Shown: one piece after another, positions 28,571-38,556 of the stretch | Layout of the letters: every line of letters starts with the position of its first letter | Numbering within the stretch: position 1 is the stretch's first letter | Assembly (NCBI GenBank): GCA_965217035.1 | Contig: OZ244226.1 | Location: 2,896,146 to 2,960,145 of the forward strand | Direction of reading: 5' to 3' | DNA: 64,000 nucleotides | Origin: Bacteriovoracaceae bacterium | Lineage (GTDB): Bacteria > Bdellovibrionota > Bacteriovoracia > Bacteriovoracales > Bacteriovoracaceae | Program-made: the position numbers and the translations under genes | The notes under the pieces: model-generated | What the model saw: the letters and a program-made list of their open reading frames with translations, nothing else | What the model was told of the DNA's origin: nothing | Database searches by the model: none

Positions 28571-29185
28571 ATGACTTATTACTCAGTACACTTTCAAGGT
28601 CATCTTGAAGTTATATGCGGTCCTATGTTTTCAGGGAAGACAGAAGAACTCATTAGAAGAGTTCGTAGGGCCCAGATCGCTCGTCAGAAGGTTCAGATCT
28701 TCAAACCGGCAATTGATATTCGCTATGATGAAACAGAGGTTGTAAGCCATTCTGCTCAGAGCATACCAAGCCAACCAGTTGAAAAGTCTGAGCAAATTCT
28801 TGAACTTCTTAAAGATTCAACGCGAGTTGTCGCATTAGATGAAGTTCAGTTCTTTGATGAGCACATTATTTCAGTTGTCCAGAAGCTTGTTGCTCGAGGA
28901 TACCGAGTTGTCTGTGCTGGTTTAGACCTTGATTATAGGGCCGTTCCTTTTGGTCCGATGCCGACGCTTCTGGCCCTTGCTGACGAAGTTGTAAAAATTA
29001 AGGCAATCTGTACCGTTTGTGGAGCTCCTGCTTCACGATCTCAGCGCATTGTCGCTTCTGATGATCAAGTTGTTTTAGGTGAGCTTAATGAGTATGAGGC
29101 GAGATGCCGTGCTCATTATGAATTTGAACCTGAACTTATCAATCCGGTCCCTGCAACTGATCAACCTTCCGCGCCGCTTTCTTAA
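28571..29185 (+). CDS. tdk: Thymidine kinase
   Basis: GPMFSGKTEEL, DEVQFF, GLDLDY, C..CG, YEARCRAH. Confidence 0.97.
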   Translation: MTYYSVHFQGHLEVICGPMFSGKTEELIRRVRRAQIARQKVQIFKPAIDIRYDETEVVSHSAQSIPSQPVEKSEQILELLKDSTRVVALDEVQFFDEHIISVVQKLVARGYRVVCAGLDLDYRAVPFGPMPTLLALADEVVKIKAICTVCGAPASRSQRIVASDDQVVLGELNEYEARCRAHYEFEPELINPVPATDQPSAPLS

Positions 29186-29230
29186 TCCATTCTCTTTTGT
29201 TATAAAGGTTTCTTTTTAAAGGAGATTCCG

Positions 29231-29767
29231 GTGGGCGCTAGTATTGACGTTATGATTTCTGAAGAACAAATCCAAGAAAGAATTAAGAGGATGGCCCAAG
29301 AAATTCGTAAGGACTTTGGAGAAGAGGATGTCACTCTCATTTGTATATTGAAAGGGTCTTATATTTTTTGTGCTGATCTTATGAGAGCTCTTGGGGGTCC
29401 CTGTCAGGTTGAGTTTTTGCGAGCTGATTCTTATGGAGATGGTACTGAAACTTCAGGTGAAGTAAAACTTCATTATCATTTTACAAAATCTCTTGAAGGA
29501 AAAAATGTTCTTTTAGTCGAAGATATTGTTGATACAGGAACAACTTTGAAATTTGTTATGGAGTCTTTAGCGACGAAAGAACAGCCAAAAACTTTGAAGC
29601 TTGCAAGCCTTTTAAGTAAGCCTTCTCGCCGTGTTCACGAAACGCGGATTGATTATCTTGGCTTTGAAATAGAGGATAAATTTGTCATTGGTTATGGTTT
29701 AGATTACGCTCAAAACTATAGGGAGCTTCCTTATATAGGAGTGTATAACAGTGGCGGAGCCGAATAA
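29231..29767 (+). CDS. hpt: Hypoxanthine phosphoribosyltransferase
   Basis: ILKGS..F.ADL, VLLVEDIVDTGTTL, FVIGYGLDY, YRELPYI. Confidence 0.97.
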   Translation: MGASIDVMISEEQIQERIKRMAQEIRKDFGEEDVTLICILKGSYIFCADLMRALGGPCQVEFLRADSYGDGTETSGEVKLHYHFTKSLEGKNVLLVEDIVDTGTTLKFVMESLATKEQPKTLKLASLLSKPSRRVHETRIDYLGFEIEDKFVIGYGLDYAQNYRELPYIGVYNSGGAE

Positions 29768-30794
29768 ACTTATTCTTAATTCAGTAGAAAAGTCGGGGAG
29801 TGTCCGAGTTGATTTACTTGGTGGGACTCTTGATCTCTTTCCAATTAATCATCTTTATAAATCACTTTTTACGCTTAATATGGCAACTTCTCTAAAGGCG
29901 AAAGTTAAGTTAAAAAAAATTGATCAAGATAAAATCATTATTCATTCTACCAATTATCAAAGTTCTAATGAATATCCTCTCGAGCTTTCTTTTTACAAAG
30001 AAAATATTTTTCAACCAAACTCCTATGAAGAATTGACTTTTGTTTTACTCCTCATTGATCACTTTAAACTCGAAGAGGGAATTGAGGTCTGGTTGGATTC
30101 TGATGCACCTGCAGGTTCAGGGCTTGGTGGTTCATCAAGCTTAGGAGTGACCTTATTCAGTGCTCTCTCGGAGATGACAGGTCAAAAAAATTCAAAAGAA
30201 TTAGTTGTTAAAGCAGTTAGAAATTACGAAGGTATGATTTTAAATCAGGGAATTCCTGGCTATCAAGATTACTATCCTGCACTCTTCGGTGGAATCCTGG
30301 CATTGAAAGCAGATGTCATGGGAACAAGCTTGGAACAAATTTATGATGAAGAATTAAAATCTTTTCTTGAAGAGAAACTTCATCTTTTGTACTCGGGATC
30401 GAGTAGAGATTCTGGGATCAATAATTGGAATGTTTATAAAGGTTTTTTTGATAATGATGAAAAAATTCGAGTTGGAATGAGTGAAATCGCGCACCTTTCT
30501 CGGGAAGCCTATCAAGCAATTAAGTCTAAAAATTATATGAAACTTTTAGAACTGATTGTTCTTGAAGGAAAGGCCAGAAAAAAATTGTCTTCGACCATTC
30601 TTAACGAAGACATGAAGAAATTAGAAACAAAGCTTTCTGAATTAAATCGAGCTGAAGTTGGACTTAAGGTTTGTGGGGCCGGAGGTGGTGGTTGTTTCCT
30701 TGTAACAGGACTTGATGAAGCTGAATTAGATTCTTATTTAGAACAGACTCCTTTTAAGAAACTTCCTCTAAAAGTTGAAGGACCTCTAGCATGA
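29751..30794 (+). CDS. GHMP-family sugar kinase (HddA-like)
   Basis: RVDLLGGTLD, PAGSGLGGSS, GYQDYY, KVCGAGGGG. Confidence 0.9.
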   Translation: MAEPNKLILNSVEKSGSVRVDLLGGTLDLFPINHLYKSLFTLNMATSLKAKVKLKKIDQDKIIIHSTNYQSSNEYPLELSFYKENIFQPNSYEELTFVLLLIDHFKLEEGIEVWLDSDAPAGSGLGGSSSLGVTLFSALSEMTGQKNSKELVVKAVRNYEGMILNQGIPGYQDYYPALFGGILALKADVMGTSLEQIYDEELKSFLEEKLHLLYSGSSRDSGINNWNVYKGFFDNDEKIRVGMSEIAHLSREAYQAIKSKNYMKLLELIVLEGKARKKLSSTILNEDMKKLETKLSELNRAEVGLKVCGAGGGGCFLVTGLDEAELDSYLEQTPFKKLPLKVEGPLA

Positions 30795-31708
30795 GCCTTA
30801 AGAAAAAGAAATTAGCAGGTATTGGAGTTGGATCAGGAAAAAAAGATAGTTTCTTTTTTTGCGTTCTTGAACATTTTCCTGAAGAGAAGAGATGGTTTCT
30901 CAAGACATGCCAACAACTTAAAGAATTTCAATACCCAGAGACTGAAGATAGTTTACTTTCTTGGAGTCGTGATTTTGATTTGAGTACAGTTGTCGTCGAT
31001 TTTCCTTTAAGTATGCCTCTTTGCCATGATTGTCAGTTAGAATGTCCTGGTTCCTTCCATTGTGAAGTGACTGAAGTCGTTAATGCACGAAAAGATCTTG
31101 ATGAATTATTAGCTAAGGACGCTGTTTTATTATCGAAAAATCCTAAGAAGTATGAACAGGAAAGACATGCTTTAGAAACTGGGCAACTAGAAAAGCATGA
31201 TCAAATTTTATCGAAATCCTTTAAGAGGAAGCTCAAAAAAGGTTTTGTTCCTTATTGGAATCGTCCTTTGGATTTAAAAGTTTGGAAAAAGTTTTACGAT
31301 GATTTGCTGCTATACTTTAATATAAGCTTCGATTCCTTTGGAAATGAAAATCTCATTCAAATCTTGAGATTTAAATATCTTTCAAAACATTTTAACTCGG
31401 ATCTTAAGCTCTATGAGTCGAATTATCATATTTGTCTTTTAGAACTTCTGAGAAAAGGGGTTATCTTAAAAAAGAACTTGATTGATATGAAGAGTTTGGA
31501 AACAGCCGTTTTGGGAAGAATGGATATTCTGAAACAAATAGAAGAAAAGCTTAATGTTTTTATGTATGAGAATGACCGTGAAGTTATGATCAAAAACCCA
31601 AGGGCCTTTCAATCCTTTATCCTGACTCTTTCAGGTAGGTGCCTGCTCGAAGATTCTTTTGACTCCTATCTCAATAGTGAAAAAAACTTTTTTATTCCTC
31701 AGTTCTAA
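30791..31708 (+). CDS. DUF429-like (RNase H-fold) protein with Cys cluster
   Basis: VVDFPLSMPLC..C...CPG...C, PYWNRPLD; ATGA overlap. Confidence 0.65.
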   Translation: MSLKKKKLAGIGVGSGKKDSFFFCVLEHFPEEKRWFLKTCQQLKEFQYPETEDSLLSWSRDFDLSTVVVDFPLSMPLCHDCQLECPGSFHCEVTEVVNARKDLDELLAKDAVLLSKNPKKYEQERHALETGQLEKHDQILSKSFKRKLKKGFVPYWNRPLDLKVWKKFYDDLLLYFNISFDSFGNENLIQILRFKYLSKHFNSDLKLYESNYHICLLELLRKGVILKKNLIDMKSLETAVLGRMDILKQIEEKLNVFMYENDREVMIKNPRAFQSFILTLSGRCLLEDSFDSYLNSEKNFFIPQF

Positions 31709-31898
31709 CTTAAAATGAACTTAAGGTTGTTATTAATTTAGAATTTTTGAAAGCTATTCTAATTTGTCTCAAGACGTAGCAAGCTCCAGATAAAAAAAAT
31801 CTTTACTTTAACCAAAGAAAGTTACTGATGATAATGAATCTCTAGAATATAATGACTTTATTCTTAGATATTTCTCTAACATCTTTATAGTTTAGCAT

Positions 31899-32396
31899 TC
31901 ACATCAATTTATTGGCAGGTTGGACTGCGTTATGACTACTAGTTTTTACTAAGAAAAAGATAAAGCCTATTTCAATTAAAATAATCAAACTTAACCAAAT
32001 CCAGATTTCATTCCAGTTTAAAAAGGGAATTGTCAGGAGAGTGATGAGAACTTTTAAAGGAATGTGGACATAATGGATAAGTTTTCTCGAGCCTAATTTA
32101 TTTTTAAAATAAAGCCAAAAACAAAAGAAGTTTATTAATAATATCAAAAAGATTAATATATCAAAATTAAGTAAAATGAATTCAACGATTTGTATCCTGT
32201 CGCTCCATTGAAGAAAGTCAAAGTCTCCGAGCATGCTCCAGGGAATCATTCTTGCAATTCTTAATGGCGCCTCGAGTAATCCATTTCTTAGTACCAAGAC
32301 CAATAAAATATCAGTAAAGAAAAGGCTGATAGGAATGAGGGCTTCACGAACGCTAGGAGAGAGATCTTCAAGAATTGCCGATAACAGCTTTTTCAT
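31899..32396 (-). CDS. Hypothetical membrane protein
   Basis: 165 aa, about 4 TM helices. Confidence 0.75.
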   Translation of the reverse strand: MKKLLSAILEDLSPSVREALIPISLFFTDILLVLVLRNGLLEAPLRIARMIPWSMLGDFDFLQWSDRIQIVEFILLNFDILIFLILLINFFCFWLYFKNKLGSRKLIHYVHIPLKVLITLLTIPFLNWNEIWIWLSLIILIEIGFIFFLVKTSSHNAVQPANKLM

Positions 32397-32439
32397 AGAT
32401 AATAAAGAATAGGAGATTCATTAGCTAAAGTCGAATAAC

Positions 32440-33372
32440 ATGGATACGTTTGCCTCTTTTTTCTTATTTTTGATTTCAATTGGAGCTCTTCTTTTAGGAG
32501 CTTCCTGGGCCTTGGATAGTGCTGAAAGAATTGGGCGACAGCTTAAATTTCCTCCAATAGTTATTGGAGTTCTTTTTATTGGGTTTGGAACATCTTTACC
32601 TGAGCTGGTTGTTTCTCAACTTGCTTGTTTAAAAGGAATGCCTCAAGTTTCACTTGGAAATGTCATTGGCTCTAATATTTCAAACATCGCTTTGATTTTA
32701 GGAATTAGTGGAATTCTTGTTCGAATTCCAATTTCGAGCAAAGCTGAAAAACGTCAAATTATTTTTAATCTCTCACTCGTTTTGCTTTTTACTGTGATCT
32801 ATTACTCCTTTGATACATTTAATCTACTGACAGGTGGAATACTGATTGTTTTCTTTGTTTTTTATTTCATCAGAGTTGTTATTAACTCAGATGAGACTCA
32901 GGAATGCCTCGATAAAGATATAAACATGAAAAAATCAGATATCCCTCAGTTTTTAATCAGTTTGATTTTTATTTATTTTGGTGGTGAATATTTGATCAAA
33001 TCAACAATTGAGCTTGGAGCACATTTTGGTTTTTCAGAGTATATTGTTTCCGTTATTGCTTTGGCATTTGGAACTTCTGCTCCTGAACTTTTTACGGCGC
33101 TCCTTGCATGTAAAAAGAAAGAGAATTACGATTTGATTCTTGGAAATATAATGGGATCAAATATATTTAACCTTTCACTTATTTTAGGCTCAACAGGTTT
33201 TTACTCCTATACTTTAAGAGGAGTTGATCTTAAATTTGAAATCATGATTCTTCTAGTCCTGTCCGTTTATTCTCTCGTGCAATCCTATATTAGACCAGTC
33301 ATTACTAGAAGAATTGGATTCACTTATATTTTACTTTATGCTCTGTCGATTCATTATTGGATTAGTCAATGA
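32440..33372 (+). CDS. Ca2+/Na+ antiporter (CaCA, YrbG-like)
   Basis: Twin alpha repeats GTSLPE..GNVIGSNI and GTSAPE..GNIMGSNI. Confidence 0.95.
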   Translation: MDTFASFFLFLISIGALLLGASWALDSAERIGRQLKFPPIVIGVLFIGFGTSLPELVVSQLACLKGMPQVSLGNVIGSNISNIALILGISGILVRIPISSKAEKRQIIFNLSLVLLFTVIYYSFDTFNLLTGGILIVFFVFYFIRVVINSDETQECLDKDINMKKSDIPQFLISLIFIYFGGEYLIKSTIELGAHFGFSEYIVSVIALAFGTSAPELFTALLACKKKENYDLILGNIMGSNIFNLSLILGSTGFYSYTLRGVDLKFEIMILLVLSVYSLVQSYIRPVITRRIGFTYILLYALSIHYWISQ

Positions 33373-33971
33373 AGCTACTCATTCTTTTCTTATCAATTCA
33401 ATACGTTTCAGCATTAGATAGACAGGAGTTTCGAGCTTTAATTAAAGAAAATAATGAAGATGCCCAATTGAGTAGTTTTAAATTCAAAAAATCATCAAAA
33501 TCTTACTTTCTTGATCTCGATAATGATGGAGTCAATGAGAATATTATTTTCACCCTCGGAGATGGTCACTATTATCTTTCAATATCGAGAAAAAATAGAG
33601 TCCTTTACTCTCAAAAAATTAGAGTTGAAGGAGAGGGGAAAATTGATAAGTTTCAGCTTGAAGATATTGGTCAAGGTTTCAGTACTCTTCTGATCTATTT
33701 AAGAGAGGGAAAGTTTACAACCATTGATCGTTTGAAAAAATCTCGAATCGACTTAATTACTTTTAATAGAAAAAAAATTAAACAAGCTTCTTATATTGAA
33801 GGCCCTTTGATTTCTTATAAAAATGTGACTTGGAATAATAACGAAAAGGAATTGAACTCAAATATTAGATTTGTTCTTTTTCCAAATTTCAAATTTAAGT
33901 CTCTTGTCATTGAAGATGCTCAAACCTCTTATACTTTATCTTGGGATTTAAAGAATAGAACTTGGCTTTAG
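33369..33971 (+). CDS. Secreted hypothetical protein
   Basis: Signal peptide, DLDNDG Ca-binding-like motif. Confidence 0.75.
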   Translation: MKLLILFLSIQYVSALDRQEFRALIKENNEDAQLSSFKFKKSSKSYFLDLDNDGVNENIIFTLGDGHYYLSISRKNRVLYSQKIRVEGEGKIDKFQLEDIGQGFSTLLIYLREGKFTTIDRLKKSRIDLITFNRKKIKQASYIEGPLISYKNVTWNNNEKELNSNIRFVLFPNFKFKSLVIEDAQTSYTLSWDLKNRTWL

Positions 33972-34172
33972 TTAGCTGGCCTTCTTGATTTCATCGTCGC
34001 CTTCTTCTTCGTGTTTTGATTTTAAAATAAAGAGGTTGTCTTGATATTTTCCTCTTATATAAGTCTCGTCTTTACGGTACTTCCTTTGTCTTCGAGACAT
34101 TTCAATCTTTATACCTAGATAAAGCACTGCTGGAAGTCCGATAAAAAGAGTAAATAGTCCTGTTAAGCTCAT
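33972..34172 (-). CDS. Small single-TM protein (66 aa), leaderless from a sigma28-type promoter
   Basis: MSLTGLFTLFIGLPAVLYLGIKIEMSRRQRK...; ATG 7 nt after ACCGATAA. Confidence 0.7.
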   Translation of the reverse strand: MSLTGLFTLFIGLPAVLYLGIKIEMSRRQRKYRKDETYIRGKYQDNLFILKSKHEEEGDDEIKKAS

Positions 34173-34179
34173 GTTAATT

Positions 34180-34207
34180 TTATCGGTTAGAAAGATCAAA
34201 AACTTTA
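34180..34207 (-). promoter_or_regulatory. Sigma28 (FliA)-type promoter
   Basis: TAAAGTTT-12 nt-ACCGATAA. Confidence 0.75.
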
Positions 34208-34289
34208 GTAAAAAGCTTGGTCAAATTAATTCGTGATTTCAATTAGATAGCTGCAAGCCTTCAAATTTCTTAGATTTTTTTTTAGTGAC

Positions 34290-34317
34290 TAAAGTTTTTA
34301 AGATTAGAAGTCGATTA
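34290..34317 (+). promoter_or_regulatory. Sigma28 (FliA)-type promoter
   Basis: TAAAGTTT-12 nt-GTCGATTA upstream of 34337. Confidence 0.65.
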
Positions 34318-34336
34318 GAGACCTAGAGAGGTCTAT

Positions 34337-35083
34337 ATGAAAGCCTTTTTGTTTGTATGGCTAACGACATTTTTTGTTTATTTTTCTTATAAGGGTTATA
34401 ACCTCGATCGTTCTGTATTTACTGGAAGTGATCGGGAAGAACAATACTATTATAAGTCACTTCTTTTCGCTAAAGAAAATACTGAGCTAAAAGCGCAGTT
34501 GAGCCGTATGGTTCATGAAGTTCAAAAGCTTAAAAGTAAAAATCATTATTTAACACTAAAACTTGAAGAAAAGAATGAGATAGGGCAAGCAAGTTTAGGA
34601 AGATCCCTTGCGAGTTTTACACCCGTTAGAAAATTAAATCTTGCTACAAGTGATACAGACCATGTTCAGTATGACATCTATAAATGGGGAGAGTATAAGC
34701 TTTATACAATTGCGAATCGTGAATACAATCTTAAAAACTATGATAAAGCTTCTCAATTTTATGTCGAACTCATTAATCAATATCCTGATAGTGACTACTT
34801 ATCAGAATCACTTCTCCTAAAATCAGCTTATTCTTGTTACCGCACAGGAAAATATTATAAGCAAGCAATCAACGTTTTGGATCTTCTTTTAAGAAGATAC
34901 CCACATTCTAAACATTATAAGAAAGCAAAACTTTGGAGAGGCTTAAGCTATTTCCATACAGGGGATTTTAGTGAGTTCCATGCAACAGTTGAAGAGTTTA
35001 GAGTTAAGTATAGAAACGCAAAAGAATGGGAAATACTCCGACAATACTATGAAAAGATTATTGTACGTGCTCAAAAATTATAG
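34337..35083 (+). CDS. Membrane-anchored coiled-coil + TPR protein (CpoB/YbgF-like layout)
   Basis: N-terminal TM, coiled coil, TPR repeats (LINQYPDS, LLRRYPHS). Confidence 0.8.
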   Translation: MKAFLFVWLTTFFVYFSYKGYNLDRSVFTGSDREEQYYYKSLLFAKENTELKAQLSRMVHEVQKLKSKNHYLTLKLEEKNEIGQASLGRSLASFTPVRKLNLATSDTDHVQYDIYKWGEYKLYTIANREYNLKNYDKASQFYVELINQYPDSDYLSESLLLKSAYSCYRTGKYYKQAINVLDLLLRRYPHSKHYKKAKLWRGLSYFHTGDFSEFHATVEEFRVKYRNAKEWEILRQYYEKIIVRAQKL

Positions 35084-36155
35084 TCTCTTAGGATTATTAA
35101 TCCTGCCACTAAGCTTTGCTCATGCAGCGAAGTTTCATGTTGTGAAAAAAGATGGTACATCTTTTTCCGTGTCAAAGAGAGGGAAAACTAAAAATCTTCG
35201 TGCAGGTGAATACGTTTATTTCGGAGATGAAGTCTTAGTGGAAGAGTCTTCTTCATTAAGCCTTCTTGGTCCTAATGACTTTTTTGTCCATTTGAATGGA
35301 GGAAGTCATCTTCAGTTTGATTTCGAGGGGTTCAAACTTCTTAAGGGATCGGTATGGCTTCAACAAAGAAATAAAAGAAATGGAGAGCAATATCTTGAAA
35401 CAAGCAATTCTCTTGTGAAGTTCTATCAAGGTGATGTCATCGTTGAATATTCAGATGTAAAAGAGAAAACAAATGTTTTTGTTCTGAATGGTTCCGCTCT
35501 TGTTAGTAATCTTTTTGATAAATTCAAAAATGTTGGATTGAGTGGTGGAGAATTTACATTCGTTCACAAAGATCACGACGAGGGGAGACCACGTCTTGCG
35601 ACACTAATAGGCAAGGAAAGCTTTATTGAATTAAGAGGTCATTTCGCGAAAGTAACTCCACTAGAAAAAGGTGGAATGATCGAAATGTATCAACCAAAAA
35701 AGAAAAATAATGGAAATTTAGGTGAATTGAATAGAGAAATTGCTTCTTTAGATGAATCAAAAATTCCAGAAGTAAAGCTTCAAGAAAAGGTTCATGAAAA
35801 CCATGGAGGAAGCCTCGTTATTACTTCTGAAATGAAGAAAAAGTGGCACCTTGAAAGAAACCCTCCAAAGCTTAAGCCTAAAAGAAAGATTTATCCGAAA
35901 AGAAAGATTATGGTTTATGGTCAGGGAGTTAATAAAGTTAAACAGGAAGATGTTAAAGTTAAAACTCAAAGAATGCCGGCTTCAGTTATAGAAGATCAAT
36001 CAAGTGACTTCCTTGAAGCAGTAAAGCCTCAATACAATGCGCCTATCGAACCAATGAAATTCAAAAAGCCTATCGCTCCTGCAGCTAATAATCCAGCCGA
36101 TTCTTTCTTACAGCAGCTTCAACAGATCGAAGAATCTGAGACAGAAGTCTATTAA
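35049..36155 (+). CDS. Secreted FecR-like domain protein
   Basis: Start ATG 35049 gives a signal peptide ending AHA; beta-rich FecR-like N-domain (GD.V.V...S, L.KGSVW, V.VLNG). Confidence 0.7.
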   Translation: MKRLLYVLKNYSLLGLLILPLSFAHAAKFHVVKKDGTSFSVSKRGKTKNLRAGEYVYFGDEVLVEESSSLSLLGPNDFFVHLNGGSHLQFDFEGFKLLKGSVWLQQRNKRNGEQYLETSNSLVKFYQGDVIVEYSDVKEKTNVFVLNGSALVSNLFDKFKNVGLSGGEFTFVHKDHDEGRPRLATLIGKESFIELRGHFAKVTPLEKGGMIEMYQPKKKNNGNLGELNREIASLDESKIPEVKLQEKVHENHGGSLVITSEMKKKWHLERNPPKLKPKRKIYPKRKIMVYGQGVNKVKQEDVKVKTQRMPASVIEDQSSDFLEAVKPQYNAPIEPMKFKKPIAPAANNPADSFLQQLQQIEESETEVY

Positions 36156-36175
36156 TTAATCTATTCTTTTATATT

Positions 36176-36209
36176 TTAAAGACCGAACTTCTATGAACTC
36201 GGTCTTTAA
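36176..36209. terminator. Intrinsic terminator-like hairpin
   Basis: TTAAAGACCGA ... TCGGTCTTTAA inverted repeat downstream of 36155. Confidence 0.65.
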
Positions 36210-36402
36210 GTTTGGCGAGTACTGTCTTCTATTATTCGAGCGCGCAGTTTTTAATGAATCGAAAAGAATTTTTTCTTTTGTTGTTATCCTTCTTTTCGTC
36301 AGGACATATCACATCATAGATTCAGCTTGAAGAAACTATAGTCAAAAATACAGAGTAAAAAAGAGAGATTTACGATTTATTGTGCTTTCGCTATAAAGGG
36401 CC

Positions 36403-37485
36403 ATGAAGCTTATTAATGAAATTGCACTTTGCTATGACGACGTCCTTTTGAGACCTCAAAGGTCTGAAATTTTACCAAAAGATGCTAAAACAACGTCAAA
36501 ATTCAGTAAAAATATTGATTTAAAAATTCCTCTTGCTTCTAGTGCTATGGATACTGTTACAAATGGTTTGATGGCCTCCAAAATGGCTGAAGTTGGTGGA
36601 ATAGGTGTTATCCATAAAAACTATGAGTTCAAAGAACAACTTAAAGAAGGGCAATTCGTAAAAAATGTTAACTCTTCATATCCTGTTGCTATGGCGATTG
36701 GAGTAGGGGAGAAAGAAGTTGAAAGAGCAAAAATTCTTTTAGAAGTGACAGATGTTTTTATTATTGATACGGCCCATGGTCATTCAAAAGGTGTTCTGGG
36801 AATGATCGAGAAGATAAAACAACTTGCTCCTAAGGCTGATGTTATCGCAGGGAATGTTGCAACAGTCTCTGCCTGTAAGGACCTTGTTGCGGCAGGAGCC
36901 GATGGAGTAAAAGTTGGAATAGGGCCTGGTTCTATTTGTACTACAAGAGTTGTTGCTGGAGTTGGAGTCCCACAATTACAGGCCCTTCTTGATTGTTCTG
37001 AAATTCTTCATGATTTGGGAATCCCTTATATCGCTGATGGCGGAGTAAGACATTCAGGTGATATTGTTAAGGCCCTTGCAGCGGGAGCTAGTTCTGTGAT
37101 GATGGGTTCTATTTTTGCTGGCTGTAATGAATCAGCTTCAGAGACAGTTCAGTATCAAGGCAAAACTTTTAAACGTTATAGAGGCATGGGCTCATTAACA
37201 GCTATGAGTCAGGGTTCTAAAGATCGTTATGGGCAAGCTAATGTTAATGAAGAAAAAAAATTAGTTCCAGAAGGAATTGAAGGTCTTGTTCCTATGAAAG
37301 GTCCTGTGAGTGAGACATTGTATCAACTCATAGGAGGCTTACGCTCGGGTATGGGATATCTTGGGGCTGAAGATCTAAGTAAATTAAGAGAAAAAGCAGT
37401 ATTTATTCGTATCTCTTCAAATTCTATTCATGAGAATCATCCACACAATATCTTAATTGACATTGGAGCTCCGAATTACCAGTAA
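36403..37485 (+). CDS. guaB: IMP dehydrogenase lacking CBS domains
   Basis: [43 protein letters not shown]. Confidence 0.95.
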   Translation: MKLINEIALCYDDVLLRPQRSEILPKDAKTTSKFSKNIDLKIPLASSAMDTVTNGLMASKMAEVGGIGVIHKNYEFKEQLKEGQFVKNVNSSYPVAMAIGVGEKEVERAKILLEVTDVFIIDTAHGHSKGVLGMIEKIKQLAPKADVIAGNVATVSACKDLVAAGADGVKVGIGPGSICTTRVVAGVGVPQLQALLDCSEILHDLGIPYIADGGVRHSGDIVKALAAGASSVMMGSIFAGCNESASETVQYQGKTFKRYRGMGSLTAMSQGSKDRYGQANVNEEKKLVPEGIEGLVPMKGPVSETLYQLIGGLRSGMGYLGAEDLSKLREKAVFIRISSNSIHENHPHNILIDIGAPNYQ

Positions 37486-37570
37486 AAATTTCCGTTTTCC
37501 AAAATGATTTGCACTCACCGCGTTAATTCTTAAAATTAAAAAAAAGACTCAGAGCACAAGGACGGTCTGA

Positions 37571-38482
37571 ATGAGACTCTTAGGATTAGTGTTATTTCTA
37601 TCTATGGCTTCTGCCCAGGCTTCTAATTATCTCAATCTCTATTTTATTAAATCTCCTCTAAAAATTCGCTGGAGATCTCCACAAAGCCTTGCACTTTCTA
37701 CTGCGGTTAATAGTTTGATACCTGTGAGAAATCGCTTCTATCGCCATCCAATTTCTCATGCTTACGTTGAACTAAAATGTAAAGCGGACTCTGAAGAACC
37801 AATCCATCTTTTTGGAGGAATGACAACAGCTAATGATGATGAGGCGAATAAGCTTTTATTCAAAGATAAAATTGGTCTTGGAATTCTTTACTATGTTCAA
37901 CAAGGAAGGCTCCAAGAAAAAAAAGAAATTCTTAATTCGATTAAATTTTTTAAAGGAAAAAGAAGATTCAATCGGCTTACTGTTAAAGTTAATGAAGAAG
38001 CCTGTTTGAGGATGGTAGAATTTCATAAAGGTTGGATTGAAAGAGAATATTACAAAATGTATTCAGGATTTAATGCTGTCCCGAGAAGTGGAGATGGCTC
38101 TGGTTGTGCGGAGTATGCAATGTCATTTCTAGAAGTTGCTGGAGTTCTGGATCAAGAGTTTAGAAATGCCTGGTCTTTTAAAATTACGCCACCTCAACAT
38201 CTTGTTGGGCTTCCTATGACAAATAATGAAGTTGATTTCATTGGTGTTCTAACTGATTTTCGATCAAGATGGCTTAAGGAAGATAATGATTTTACGCTTG
38301 AGGTTTGGGAACCTGGTTATATGCATCGTTGGGTAAAAAAACAACATAGAAAAGTGAGAAGAGGACGATACAAAGGGAATCTTCCTTTAAAAGTTTTGAA
38401 TTTTAACGGGAATAAGAACAAAGGTCTTTTTGTTGACTTAAGTGACAGGGCCGTTCCAACTGATCCCATTTGGTCAAACTAG
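37571..38482 (+). CDS. Secreted hypothetical protein
   Basis: Signal peptide; HPISH and GSGCA motifs. Confidence 0.8.
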   Translation: MRLLGLVLFLSMASAQASNYLNLYFIKSPLKIRWRSPQSLALSTAVNSLIPVRNRFYRHPISHAYVELKCKADSEEPIHLFGGMTTANDDEANKLLFKDKIGLGILYYVQQGRLQEKKEILNSIKFFKGKRRFNRLTVKVNEEACLRMVEFHKGWIEREYYKMYSGFNAVPRSGDGSGCAEYAMSFLEVAGVLDQEFRNAWSFKITPPQHLVGLPMTNNEVDFIGVLTDFRSRWLKEDNDFTLEVWEPGYMHRWVKKQHRKVRRGRYKGNLPLKVLNFNGNKNKGLFVDLSDRAVPTDPIWSN

Positions 38483-38556
38483 ATTTATTCAATCAGCGAT
38501 TAATGCTTTGTCTTTTTTTCTAGTAATCTGCTTCTAATTACGCCAAAATAATTAAC

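Noticed and set aside
31709..31898. AT-rich spacer with an ATG right after the upstream stop
   Set aside because: The frame closes after 18 codons, with further stops and no motif; a pseudogene cannot be supported.
36210..36402. Spacer before guaB as a possible purine riboswitch or small ORF
   Set aside because: No purine riboswitch core; only short frames without convincing starts.
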